From positions 1 through 38,096 of the IMG/VR virus record IMGVR_UViG_3300037722_000238: a DNA stretch of 38,096 nt. One strand, given 5' to 3'. This document shows positions 7,964 through 15,314 of the stretch, one piece after another. Positions within the stretch are counted from its first letter, which is position 1; every line of letters starts with the position of its first letter. Source of the DNA: a virus (Duplodnaviria; Caudoviricetes). The translations under genes and the position numbers were made by a program. The notes below the pieces were generated by a model. The model worked only from the letters and a program-made list of their open reading frames with translations, did no database searches and was not told where the DNA came from.

Positions 7964-7983
7964 GTATTGTTCCTTCCGTATCG

Positions 7984-8130
7984 GCGGCATCGGCGTTCCT
8001 AACGGGGGGTCGATGCCGCTGGTTTCAGTTGTGCTTGGGGAGAGACCAGGGCTGTGGTTGCCAGGATCCGGTCAGCCCGGCCTCTCCCCTCCCGACCGTG
8101 GGTGGAGGTTCTGCCGGTCGGGAAACCTCC
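7984..8130 (-). ncRNA. Highly structured intergenic RNA element (two hairpins plus a pseudoknot or switch)
   Basis: Complementary segments 7984-7992/8011-8019; 8037-8044/8082-8089 with inner GGGCTG/CAGCCC; 8090-8098/8115-8123 and 8104-8110/8124-8130. Confidence 0.45.
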
Positions 8131-8154
8131 TGTCGCGTTCCGCCAGAAGCCAGG

Positions 8155-8676
8155 TCATCGGAAGACCTTCTCGGGTGAGGACCCGTCAGCGAGCGGCTTC
8201 AGGTTGTAGACCTCGCCGGTCGGCAGGATCGGGGTCAGGGATAGGTCAAGGAACAGCCGGACATGGCCAACCCCGGGATACCTGCGTTGCTCCAACACGT
8301 CGATTGAGAGGACCGACGCAGGCGGTTCAAGCCACGCCTTCTTCCAGTCGGTTGGCCAGGCAAGCTTCGCCCACTCGCGGATCTCCGAGTCGGTGGGCGC
8401 CTCGATGCCGACCTGCCAGCCGGCCGGGTCGAGCTTCTGGTGCGACAACGACAGGTGGAAGCACCGTTCATATTCGCTGTTCCGCCACCAGCCCGACGAG
8501 TGGTAGCCGACGTCGTAGGTGTAGATCACACAGATCGGCCGGTCGGGCTCGAGAAGACTGTTGGTGATCATCCGGTGCCGCTGGTGGATGTCCTGCTGAC
8601 CCTTCCACGGGTACTTGACGGCGAGCCGCTTCAGATCAATGAGAGCGCGACGCACGGCGTTGGTTTGGAAGGTCAT
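8155..8676 (-). CDS. Hypothetical phage protein
   Basis: 173-aa ORF with a globular-looking motif DVGYHSSGWWRNSEYERCFHLSLS. Confidence 0.75.
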   Translation of the reverse strand: MTFQTNAVRRALIDLKRLAVKYPWKGQQDIHQRHRMITNSLLEPDRPICVIYTYDVGYHSSGWWRNSEYERCFHLSLSHQKLDPAGWQVGIEAPTDSEIREWAKLAWPTDWKKAWLEPPASVLSIDVLEQRRYPGVGHVRLFLDLSLTPILPTGEVYNLKPLADGSSPEKVFR

Positions 8677-8828
8677 CGGTCACGCTCGGCCAGTTCGTCG
8701 ACATCGTCGAAGTCGTCGGCGTACGGGTCGATCAGCGCCTTCAAGAACACGGGGCCTAGGTAGAAGACGAGCCAGCAGACGACCAGGACGAGGCCGACGA
8801 TCTGCATGTCGGTGGAGAGACGGTTCAT
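8673..8828 (-). CDS. Small membrane protein with acidic tail, 51 aa
   Basis: Manual translation; IVGLVLVVCWLVFYLGPVFL hydrophobic segment; ATGA overlaps. Confidence 0.6.
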   Translation of the reverse strand: MNRLSTDMQIVGLVLVVCWLVFYLGPVFLKALIDPYADDFDDVDELAERDR

Positions 8829-8896
8829 CGGTGGGCTCCGTGGTTGGCGACGAGGATCACGGCGACCACAGTCAGATAGAGCAGCAGCCAGATCAT
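8825..8896 (-). CDS. Very small membrane peptide, 23 aa (MIWLLLYLTVVAVILVANHGAHR)
   Basis: Exactly fills the gap with ATGA overlaps on both sides. Confidence 0.5.
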   Translation of the reverse strand: MIWLLLYLTVVAVILVANHGAHR

Positions 8897-9204
8897 GCGT
8901 CCACCTGGCCTACGACATGGTCCAGCAGCTTTGCCACCCGTTGCCGTTCGATGCGGAGAGCTTCCGTGAGGACGCCGTTATCGCAGGTGTGCTTCCCGAG
9001 AGCGACGCCAATCGCCTCGTATAAAGCGTGGAGGGCCTCCCCGGGAAGAACCAGCCACGGATCGGTCAAAGAAGCACCCTCATCTGGTGGTTCGATCAGC
9101 TCCACGAGCTGGGGAAGGGCGACCGCGCCATCGACCATCAGATGAACGGCGTATTGGCCGTCAAAGAAACGATGCTCGACCGCGGCTCGTGTGCGGGCAG
9201 TCAT
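8893..9204 (-). CDS. Hypothetical protein
   Basis: Start MTARTR with ATGA overlap. Confidence 0.65.
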   Translation of the reverse strand: MTARTRAAVEHRFFDGQYAVHLMVDGAVALPQLVELIEPPDEGASLTDPWLVLPGEALHALYEAIGVALGKHTCDNGVLTEALRIERQRVAKLLDHVVGQVDA

Positions 9205-9554
9205 GTGAGTCCCCGTTCGTATCGTTCGCGGGCGAGGAGCGCGTCGAACTGGTCGCGGTGAAGGTCGCGCAGGGCGTGGAGGGCAGCGCTGTACGCGGCG
9301 ACGTAGGCCCTGTTCGCCTTGCCGCCATCTCGAGCCCGTGACCGGGCGGTCGCCTTTCGCTGGTACTCGCGGAACGCCTCGTCGCCCATCTCCCCCCGTT
9401 TGCGAGCCTGCCAAGCCAGAGCGCTGGTCTGGCCGCACGCATTGCAACGGGACCCCCGGCCATCCTTTTTGGTCTTGTTCCGTGGGAACTCCGAGAGTGG
9501 TTTCGTCTCGTCGCATCCGTTGCAATGCTTGGTCGCCAGGTCGAGCGCGGTCAT
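9201..9554 (-). CDS. Zinc-finger protein resembling the N-terminal domain of endonuclease VII/HNH-type proteins, without a nuclease domain
   Basis: KHCNGCDETKPLSEF.R.KTKKDGR.SRCNAC. Confidence 0.7.
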   Translation of the reverse strand: MTALDLATKHCNGCDETKPLSEFPRNKTKKDGRGSRCNACGQTSALAWQARKRGEMGDEAFREYQRKATARSRARDGGKANRAYVAAYSAALHALRDLHRDQFDALLARERYERGLT

Positions 9555-9703
9555 GTGAACACCAGCCGTCCGAACGTGGCCAGCCAGCCGACAGCGAACA
9601 CGAGGATGACGGTCCGCCAGTCGGCTGCCGGGAAGTCGAAGGCGACGCCCGCGTTCACCCAGACGCCGGGAATGTCGGTCTGCTCCCAGACAGTGCGGAT
9701 CAT
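9551..9703 (-). CDS. Small membrane protein
   Basis: C-terminal hydrophobic segment; ATGA overlaps. Confidence 0.55.
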   Translation of the reverse strand: MIRTVWEQTDIPGVWVNAGVAFDFPAADWRTVILVFAVGWLATFGRLVFT

Positions 9704-9846
9704 CGGTTCCTCCGTCGCGATGCCTTCTGCATGTCGCGGCGACGCTTCCGACGGGCGCGGGTCAGGGAGTGCCATTCGTCCTGATCGATCTGATCGAGGA
9801 TCTTCCGGCGGGCTCGGAGACGTTCCTGCACGTTCATGCGGGTCAT
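9700..9846 (-). CDS. Small basic protein (ends RRDMQKASRRRNR)
   Basis: ATGA overlaps; Arg-rich C-terminus. Confidence 0.6.
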   Translation of the reverse strand: MTRMNVQERLRARRKILDQIDQDEWHSLTRARRKRRRDMQKASRRRNR

Positions 9847-10037
9847 CGCGCGGCCTGCCGTTCGAGCCGTTCCACTTCTTCCCGACGCTCGCGCAGCCAC
9901 AGCCGTGCGGCGGTCCGGTTCGGGAACGTGCCGAGATGCACCTCCCGGTCGCCGCTACGTGTCGGCCCGCACAGCAGCACTTCTTCGTCGGGGCCGATCG
10001 GCCAGCCCGAAGCTGAGAAGAGACGGAAGATCCTCAT
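9843..10037 (-). CDS. Hypothetical protein
   Basis: ATGA-coupled. Confidence 0.6.
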   Translation of the reverse strand: MRIFRLFSASGWPIGPDEEVLLCGPTRSGDREVHLGTFPNRTAARLWLRERREEVERLERQAAR

Positions 10038-10351
10038 CGGACGACCTGACGGTCTGAGGGTGGAAGCCCCGGCATCGGAGTGTCACAGTTCCGGCATGCG
10101 ACCATCCCGCCCACATCGAAGAGGCGGGTGCCGCAGGAACAGTGGGTGCGGACGGGCGGTTCGGCGTGGACGATCCGCACCTTCAGCGCCAACGCAACCT
10201 GCACCATGTCACGGTCCGCGTACCGTCTCGTCTCGGTTCCGCAATGAACGAACGAGTAGTCCATCGAGTCCTGGTTGGCGATCAACGTCAGCTCCGTCGA
10301 ATCAATGACGGCGTCAGTGCAGATCAGGCAGGGGACTCTCACATCAACCAT
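10034..10351 (-). CDS. Cys-rich hypothetical protein
   Basis: CLIC, CSCG and CRNC motifs. Confidence 0.65.
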   Translation of the reverse strand: MVDVRVPCLICTDAVIDSTELTLIANQDSMDYSFVHCGTETRRYADRDMVQVALALKVRIVHAEPPVRTHCSCGTRLFDVGGMVACRNCDTPMPGLPPSDRQVVR

Positions 10352-10427
10352 GGGAGGCTCCGGGCGAGACGCCGGTCAGCCCGCCATTCGGACAGGCGGA
10401 CGAGCAGATCGATCCGGTACAAGAAGC

Positions 10428-10652
10428 TCACGCGGCACCGCCTGGGATCTCCCCGATCCTGCGGGCCTTGCGTATCTGCCGGTCGGACATCTCGAACCAG
10501 CAGTATTTAAGGAAGACGGCACCTGCCATCAAGGGGCCACACCGAACGTACCTGCCGCACTCGCAGATCCCGATCGCTCCCGTGTTGCTGTAGTCAGGCG
10601 TCTCCTCCATGTGCTCGCTGTGTCGGTGTGGGCGGTAGACAATCTGAGTCAT
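10428..10652 (-). CDS. Hypothetical protein (CECG motif)
   Basis: Start MTQIVY with ATGA overlap. Confidence 0.6.
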   Translation of the reverse strand: MTQIVYRPHRHSEHMEETPDYSNTGAIGICECGRYVRCGPLMAGAVFLKYCWFEMSDRQIRKARRIGEIPGGAA

Positions 10653-10888
10653 GCCGCCCTCCATCCACCCGCGAGCGCCAGCCTCGCCTGCCGTCCAATG
10701 TGGTCGAGCTTCGACCATTCGCCTCGGCTGTTCTCCGCGGCGGCGTACCGCATCGCCCTGCCGCCGAGAACATGGGCGTTCCTCCAAGCCCTCGACGCGT
10801 ATCCGGCCGGGGTCAGGGTTCCTGATTCGAGGTAGTGCCCGCAGTTCGGATCGGCCTGGCCCCAGTCGGCACAGAAGATGCAGGTCAT
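10649..10888 (-). CDS. Hypothetical protein
   Basis: Start MTCIFC overlaps the Cro stop. Confidence 0.6.
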   Translation of the reverse strand: MTCIFCADWGQADPNCGHYLESGTLTPAGYASRAWRNAHVLGGRAMRYAAAENSRGEWSKLDHIGRQARLALAGGWRAA

Positions 10889-11106
10889 GCGACGGCCTCG
10901 AGCGCCGCTTCGTGCCAGCGGCGGATCGTGTCGCGGCCTACCTCGACGGCGCCGTCGGTGATCTCTGCGATTGCGTCTGCGATGTCCTTCCAGGAGGCCG
11001 GTGGGTCTTCGTCTCGTTTGTCTGCGATGAAGGAGAGGATGGGGTAGCCGGGTCCTCTGGTTCTGAAGATGACGTCGGCCATGTCCCGTTGCGATGTTCC
11101 AGCCAT
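10885..11106 (-). CDS. Cro-like HTH regulator, first gene of the early lytic operon
   Basis: SWKDIADAIAEITDGAVEVGRDTIRRW HTH; divergent from the repressor. Confidence 0.75.
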   Translation of the reverse strand: MAGTSQRDMADVIFRTRGPGYPILSFIADKRDEDPPASWKDIADAIAEITDGAVEVGRDTIRRWHEAALEAVA

Positions 11107-11114
11107 GGGAATGC

Positions 11115-11143
11115 ACCGTAATGCGCAAGCGACGCACTGTCAA
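11115..11143 (-). promoter_or_regulatory. Sigma70/SigA-type early lytic promoter, probably leaderless
   Basis: TTGACA-17 bp-TACGGT, 8 nt before the Cro ATG, with no SD sequence. Confidence 0.7.
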
Positions 11144-11197
11144 GCATCTTGCTCGTGACTGACGAGACCGCTTGACACGTGGTGCGCAAGGTGCGTA
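11122..11197. promoter_or_regulatory. Two putative operators TGCGCAAGnnnCGYA (11122-11136, 11183-11197)
   Basis: TGCG-N7-CGCA and TGCG-N7-CGTA, each lying in the -35/-10 spacer of one of the divergent promoters. Confidence 0.6.
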
Positions 11198-11201
11198 TAT
11201 T
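11172..11201 (+). promoter_or_regulatory. Sigma70/SigA-type repressor promoter
   Basis: TTGACA-18 bp-TATATT upstream of a GAGAGGA RBS and ATG 11239. Confidence 0.7.
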
Positions 11202-11238
11202 CCACATTGCCACGTAGCATCGAGCAGAGAGGAACGCC

Positions 11239-11706
11239 ATGAAACGGGAAGGCATACCGGGGAACCCCGAAGTAGCGCGGCGGGTCAAAATGGCCCGAGC
11301 GGGCGCAAGCATGAGCCAGACAGAACTCGCCGTGCAGTGTGCGAGCATCCTGAACCACAATGGGATCAGCCGCAGCATCATCAGCCGCGTCGAATCGGCC
11401 GACCGCGACGCTGAGGGCCGCCTGCTAGCTGCCATCGCCCTCGCCACCGGCACCGACTACAACTGGCTCAACGAGCCGATCCATCAGATCGTCGCCGTCG
11501 AGAAGGAGGCACAGAGTCTTCGCGACCTGAGTGCAGATAAGCCGCTTTATCTGAATTCCTACCCCGCCCCGCTCCCCCGCGACCACCCCGACAACGCCCT
11601 CGTCACAGCCGGATGGCTCCAACGTGACGACATGATGCACCTACCGAATCCAGACTACTGGACCGGTCTACAAGCCGAAACACTCCCCATCAAGGTGGCG
11701 GTATGA
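11239..11706 (+). CDS. Immunity repressor (XRE-family HTH) with long C-terminal tail
   Basis: RVKMARAGASMSQTELA...ISRSIISRVESADR...LAAIALATGTDYNWL; divergent from Cro and upstream of the integrase. Confidence 0.85.
   Translation: MKREGIPGNPEVARRVKMARAGASMSQTELAVQCASILNHNGISRSIISRVESADRDAEGRLLAAIALATGTDYNWLNEPIHQIVAVEKEAQSLRDLSADKPLYLNSYPAPLPRDHPDNALVTAGWLQRDDMMHLPNPDYWTGLQAETLPIKVAV
11530..11557 (+). other. dif-like recombination site (candidate attP core) inside the repressor gene
   Basis: AGTGCAGATAA-GCCGCT-TTATCTGAATT has 11-6-11 architecture; each arm matches E. coli dif (GGTGCGCATAA-TGTATA-TTATGTTAAAT) at 8/11; perfect CAGATAA/TTATCTG inverted repeat. Confidence 0.65.
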
Positions 11707-11885
11707 CCGCCAGCATCTACCGCATCAACGGCGTCGAATACAAGATCGAACAGCAGGGCCGCATCTGGGAGGTCTACGCCGACTGCGACTGTGCGCTCGG
11801 TCCGCACTGGCATCTCCTGGTGCGCACACGGACACGGAACACAGCCGAAACCCACATCAGATTGCCAGCAAAGGTCCCCGCCTGA
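11703..11885 (+). CDS. Small hypothetical protein between repressor and integrase
   Basis: ATGA-coupled to the repressor. Confidence 0.65.
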   Translation: MTASIYRINGVEYKIEQQGRIWEVYADCDCALGPHWHLLVRTRTRNTAETHIRLPAKVPA

Positions 11886-11929
11886 ACGGGTACGCGGATC
11901 TAGTACCAGAGGCCCATCGACTCGACTAC

Positions 11930-12757
11930 ATGTCGGTTCATCCTGTGTGGATGGGGGAATACCGGAATTTCCTGATCGCCCACACCCGCACCGACAACAC
12001 GATCCGCAACTACGAGATGCGACTGCGCCAAGCGGAAGCCTGGTGCGACCAGCGGGGGCTACATCTCGCCACCCTCAACGCCGAAACGATGAAGGAGATG
12101 GCCGAGGCGTTCCACAAGTCCCACACGGTTCGCGGCCAGTTGAGGTCCGCCCTCAAATACTTCTATCGGATGAAGGGGATCGACGCACCCCTCGGCGCGA
12201 TCCCAGTCCCCACCCAGCCGCAGGGAAGGAGCAGAGCACTCGAACGCGAACGGGCGACACTCCTGCACAAGACGGCCCGATACTGGGTGCCGGAAGGGAC
12301 CGCCGTCATGTTCGGGCTTTACCTCGGGTTGAGGGTCACAGAGATAGCGTCGGCGCAGTGGTCCCGCTTCGATCGGGAGATGAGCTGGTACACGGCGATC
12401 GGCAAAGGCGACCGGACACGGGAACTACCCGTCCATCCGACGCTCCTTGATGACCTTCGGTATGTTCGACGGCGCGGCGACTTCGTTTTTCCCGGTCACG
12501 CCGGACGGGTCCATGTCACTCAGGGCACCGTCTGGAAGTGGTGTATGAAGGTGGCGGAGGAAGCGGGGATACCGCGGATCACCACTCATGAGCTTCGGCA
12601 CACGGCTATCACAGAGGTCTACGATCGGACCGGTGATTTACTCGCGGCGCAAGCATTCGCGGGACATACGAGACCGGACACGACGAAACGTTACACCCGG
12701 AAGAACGTGACCCGCCTGGTAAACGCTGTCTACGCCATCAATTACGAGGATGAGTGA
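11930..12757 (+). CDS. int: XerC/XerD-like tyrosine recombinase (integrase) lacking an arm-binding domain
   Basis: 275 aa; GLRVTEI (R), GKGDRTR (K), HELRH (HxxR), AFAGH (H), TTKRY (Y); N-terminal core-binding domain with NTIRNY. Confidence 0.92.
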   Translation: MSVHPVWMGEYRNFLIAHTRTDNTIRNYEMRLRQAEAWCDQRGLHLATLNAETMKEMAEAFHKSHTVRGQLRSALKYFYRMKGIDAPLGAIPVPTQPQGRSRALERERATLLHKTARYWVPEGTAVMFGLYLGLRVTEIASAQWSRFDREMSWYTAIGKGDRTRELPVHPTLLDDLRYVRRRGDFVFPGHAGRVHVTQGTVWKWCMKVAEEAGIPRITTHELRHTAITEVYDRTGDLLAAQAFAGHTRPDTTKRYTRKNVTRLVNAVYAINYEDE

Positions 12758-13656
12758 GACGGTTCCTTCTAGCCTTCGTCGTCATCCTTCTCGGATGCTG
12801 GCATGTGTCCGGAGGGTCAGACGACTTCCGTATGGACGCCCTCGTCGCCCGTCAAATGGTTCTCGGGGAGTCCCCGCATGTCCCCGTCTCTGAACTTGGT
12901 GGGACTCTGGACGTGGCCGCGTTCCGCACCCCGATTGCTATAGCCCTGTCTGTCCCGTTCGTCTGGTTCACAGACACACAGTTAGTGCCGATGGCGGCGG
13001 TGTTCGTCGCGCTGACTGGGGCACTGTTTCTCCGAGTGTTGAACCGGCCGTGGTGGTGGGGGGCGCTCATCGTCGTGTGGCCGTTCTCCGAGGTGGACCG
13101 ACATGGCAAGGCCACGTTCCTCGTCGGAGCCCTACTGATCGGGGCAGCTCTGCTTCGACCGAAGTGGGCGGGGTTGTGTCTCGCCTTGGCGGTCGGGCTG
13201 CGACTGTGGCCTGCCGTTGTGGCGGTCGGGTTCCTCATGTCGGGACGATGGCGTACTGCGGTGTGGTCTGCGGGCTGGTTCGCCGGTCTATCCACCCTGA
13301 TTGTCGCTACGACGACGGTGAGCGTTGAGGGGACAGTGACGGCGTTGTCTCAGGACGTCGGGTATGTGGACGGGTTCAATCTGGCACCGTTGCGGAACGC
13401 CCCTTCTTATGTGCTGCCGGTGGGTGTGGTCCTTTTCGCTTGGTGGGCGTGGGGGAAGGATTGGCGGCGGGCGTTCCGCTGGTCAGTGCCGGTGGGGCTG
13501 CTGCTGTCTCCGCTGGTGTATGCGGCTTCGCTTCCAGTGTTGGCGGTGGCAATAGGAAAAGCCCCCCGATTCTCCCGAAGGAAAACCGAGGGGCCAAGGG
13601 AAGACCTACCCCGTATGTACTCGCAGGAACGGCTCAGCCCTCACGATCCAGGCTAG
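12754..13656 (+). CDS. Multi-pass membrane glycosyltransferase, GT87/DUF2029-like (GT-C fold)
   Basis: DDF..ALVARQMVLGESP, F.TP.AIALSVPF, P..EVDRHGK, AGLCLALAVGLRLWP and NLAP motifs plus many hydrophobic helices; GTGA overlap with int. Confidence 0.6.
   Translation: MRRFLLAFVVILLGCWHVSGGSDDFRMDALVARQMVLGESPHVPVSELGGTLDVAAFRTPIAIALSVPFVWFTDTQLVPMAAVFVALTGALFLRVLNRPWWWGALIVVWPFSEVDRHGKATFLVGALLIGAALLRPKWAGLCLALAVGLRLWPAVVAVGFLMSGRWRTAVWSAGWFAGLSTLIVATTTVSVEGTVTALSQDVGYVDGFNLAPLRNAPSYVLPVGVVLFAWWAWGKDWRRAFRWSVPVGLLLSPLVYAASLPVLAVAIGKAPRFSRRKTEGPREDLPRMYSQERLSPHDPG
13557..13594 (-). terminator. Intrinsic terminator of the late operon
   Basis: Minus strand GCCCCUCGGUUUUCC-UUCG-GGAGAAUCGGGGGGC-UUUU: 15-bp stem (G-U pairs valid only on this strand), UUCG tetraloop, U-tract. 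Confidence 0.85.
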
Positions 13657-13757
13657 CCGGGTGGGTCGTCACCACCCCACAAGCGTGGCAACAGTACGAG
13701 CAGAGAGATCACGACGATCACGGTGCCGCCGATCAGCCACGGAAGCCAGGCGTACAT
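13653..13757 (-). CDS. Small single-TM protein, 34 aa (MYAWLPWLIGGTVIVVISLLVLLPRLWGGDDPPG)
   Basis: Manual translation; strong AGGAGGT RBS. Confidence 0.6.
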   Translation of the reverse strand: MYAWLPWLIGGTVIVVISLLVLLPRLWGGDDPPG

Positions 13758-13822
13758 GCCGCACCTCCTGTCGGATAGTCGGTTATCAACCGACATCGGA
13801 TAGTCGACTGCGAACAGCTCAC

Positions 13823-15004
13823 TCATGTGAGCGCCCGGTGAAGGAACTCCATCAGCCGTTCGTCCGACACGGTGGCGTCAGGCATCGACGAGTCCGAGAC
13901 GATCCCCTTCTCTTTCGCCCACTGCCACGACTGGCGGAAGTGCGGTTCGAGACCGGCTGGCCACAGGTCCGCACCGGTGGCCAGCTCGCGGAGCAGCTGC
14001 TCGAGCCGTTCGCCGTAGGTGGCTGATGGTGCCCATTTGCCGCCGAGGCTGCGGACTGTGGTGGCGGTACCGGCCAGCCAGGGGAAGTGGCGGGGGTCGA
14101 TCGCGCCGGGTGTGACCTTCGAGGCGTAGAGGCGGAGGTGTTCGGCGTGGGCGATGATCCCGTGCCGGTCGGTGGGGAACCGGGCGTGAGAGTCAGGGTC
14201 GTTGTCTGCGCCGGTCGGTTCGGTGACTTTGAGCCCGCACCAGTTGTGATGGCCCGGTGTGACCGCCCGGCCGAACCGGCCGCCACCTGTCTCCCAGAAC
14301 GCCTGTACGACCCCGACTTCGGGGCGTACCCCGTAGACGGGGAACACGTCGTAGTAGATGGAGGTCACGTCGACGAAGATCTGGGCGGAGCCTTTCCCGG
14401 AGGCCCACATGACGGCGTCCGCGGCCGTGGTGTTCGCCTGTCCCATGATCGGCTCACCGGCCGGGACGCTGCCGAGACGCCGGTTCGCCCGCACATACTC
14501 CATGACCCCGGGCCCGGGGCATTGGGTGGCGGTGCCGGTGCCCTGCTGGGCGATCTCCTGATGGCCGATCAGGACCAACTCTCGCCCTTGGTTCTGTTCG
14601 AAGTCGAGACGCATCTCCCCGACGGACCGTTTCATCGGCTCAGACATGGGCTGGGTGCCGCCGAGGATCAGGAGGATCGCCTGGGTCTCCAAGTTCTCCG
14701 CCACCCCGTCACGGTCGTAGTCGCCTTTGTGCGCGGCCAACGATGACCAGCCGCGCAGCCGGTAGGTTGTGCCGGAATGGCCGACGGCGAACCCGTAGCC
14801 GATGCCTGTCGCCCAGCCGTTCCCCTCGATATGCCATTTCTCGATGGCCCGCAGCGCCGCCTTCTCGAAGGACACACCCTTGTCATAGTTCGAGATGGGC
14901 CCGCCGTTGTAGTGGAGGGCGACACGCTCGCGGGGTGTGCCGATGGGTGCCCGGTCGTCGTATGGGAGGCGTGCGCCCCATTCGGCGGGTGAGACGACTG
15001 TCAT
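13823..15004 (-). CDS. Endolysin: Amidase_2/PGRP domain + GH73-like glucosaminidase + SLH-like C-terminus
   Basis: VSPAEWGAR, VALHY, WHIEGNGW..IGYGF, LIGHQE, TQCPG (amidase); QAFWETGGGRF, NWCGLK, LGGKWAPSATYGE (GH73-like); WQWAKEKGIVS..PDATVS.ERLMEFLHR (SLH-like); start at ATG 15004 by TGATG overlap. Confidence 0.85.
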   Translation of the reverse strand: MTVVSPAEWGARLPYDDRAPIGTPRERVALHYNGGPISNYDKGVSFEKAALRAIEKWHIEGNGWATGIGYGFAVGHSGTTYRLRGWSSLAAHKGDYDRDGVAENLETQAILLILGGTQPMSEPMKRSVGEMRLDFEQNQGRELVLIGHQEIAQQGTGTATQCPGPGVMEYVRANRRLGSVPAGEPIMGQANTTAADAVMWASGKGSAQIFVDVTSIYYDVFPVYGVRPEVGVVQAFWETGGGRFGRAVTPGHHNWCGLKVTEPTGADNDPDSHARFPTDRHGIIAHAEHLRLYASKVTPGAIDPRHFPWLAGTATTVRSLGGKWAPSATYGERLEQLLRELATGADLWPAGLEPHFRQSWQWAKEKGIVSDSSMPDATVSDERLMEFLHRALT

Positions 15005-15267
15005 CAGACGCCCATCGGTTCGGTCTTCTTCGTCGCCTGCGCGAACAGGGCGGACGTGCCGGTGATGAAGATCGCCGCTGACATGCGTTCCGTCCACGAC
15101 CCCGAGTCGAGGGTCACGACGTCGGGCAGGTAGGTGGCGGCGTAGCCGAGGCCGAGGGCGCCGAGGTTGACGAGGTCCCCGTCGAGGCGGGGCAGCCATT
15201 TGCGGAGCTTGTCGATGACCAGTTTCACGCCGGTCGAGACGATGACGATTCCAGTGAGCATCTCCAT
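15004..15267 (-). CDS. Putative holin
   Basis: 87 aa, 2-3 hydrophobic segments, basic C-terminus, directly upstream of the endolysin; AGGAGG RBS. Confidence 0.7.
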   Translation of the reverse strand: MEMLTGIVIVSTGVKLVIDKLRKWLPRLDGDLVNLGALGLGYAATYLPDVVTLDSGSWTERMSAAIFITGTSALFAQATKKTEPMGV

Positions 15268-15314
15268 GATGGAGCCTCCTTCGTTGCGTACGGGTGCGCG
15301 CGATCGCGCGCATG

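Noticed and set aside
11239-13820. tRNA-derived attP or tRNA gene near the integrase
   Set aside because: No T-arm (GGTTCGAATCC-like) or cloverleaf sequence was found by eye here or elsewhere; a tRNAscan run would confirm
15259-15267. Lambda S-type dual-start holin/antiholin motif (Met-Glu-Met)
   Set aside because: The intervening residue is acidic rather than basic and no supporting structure is seen; too weak to claim
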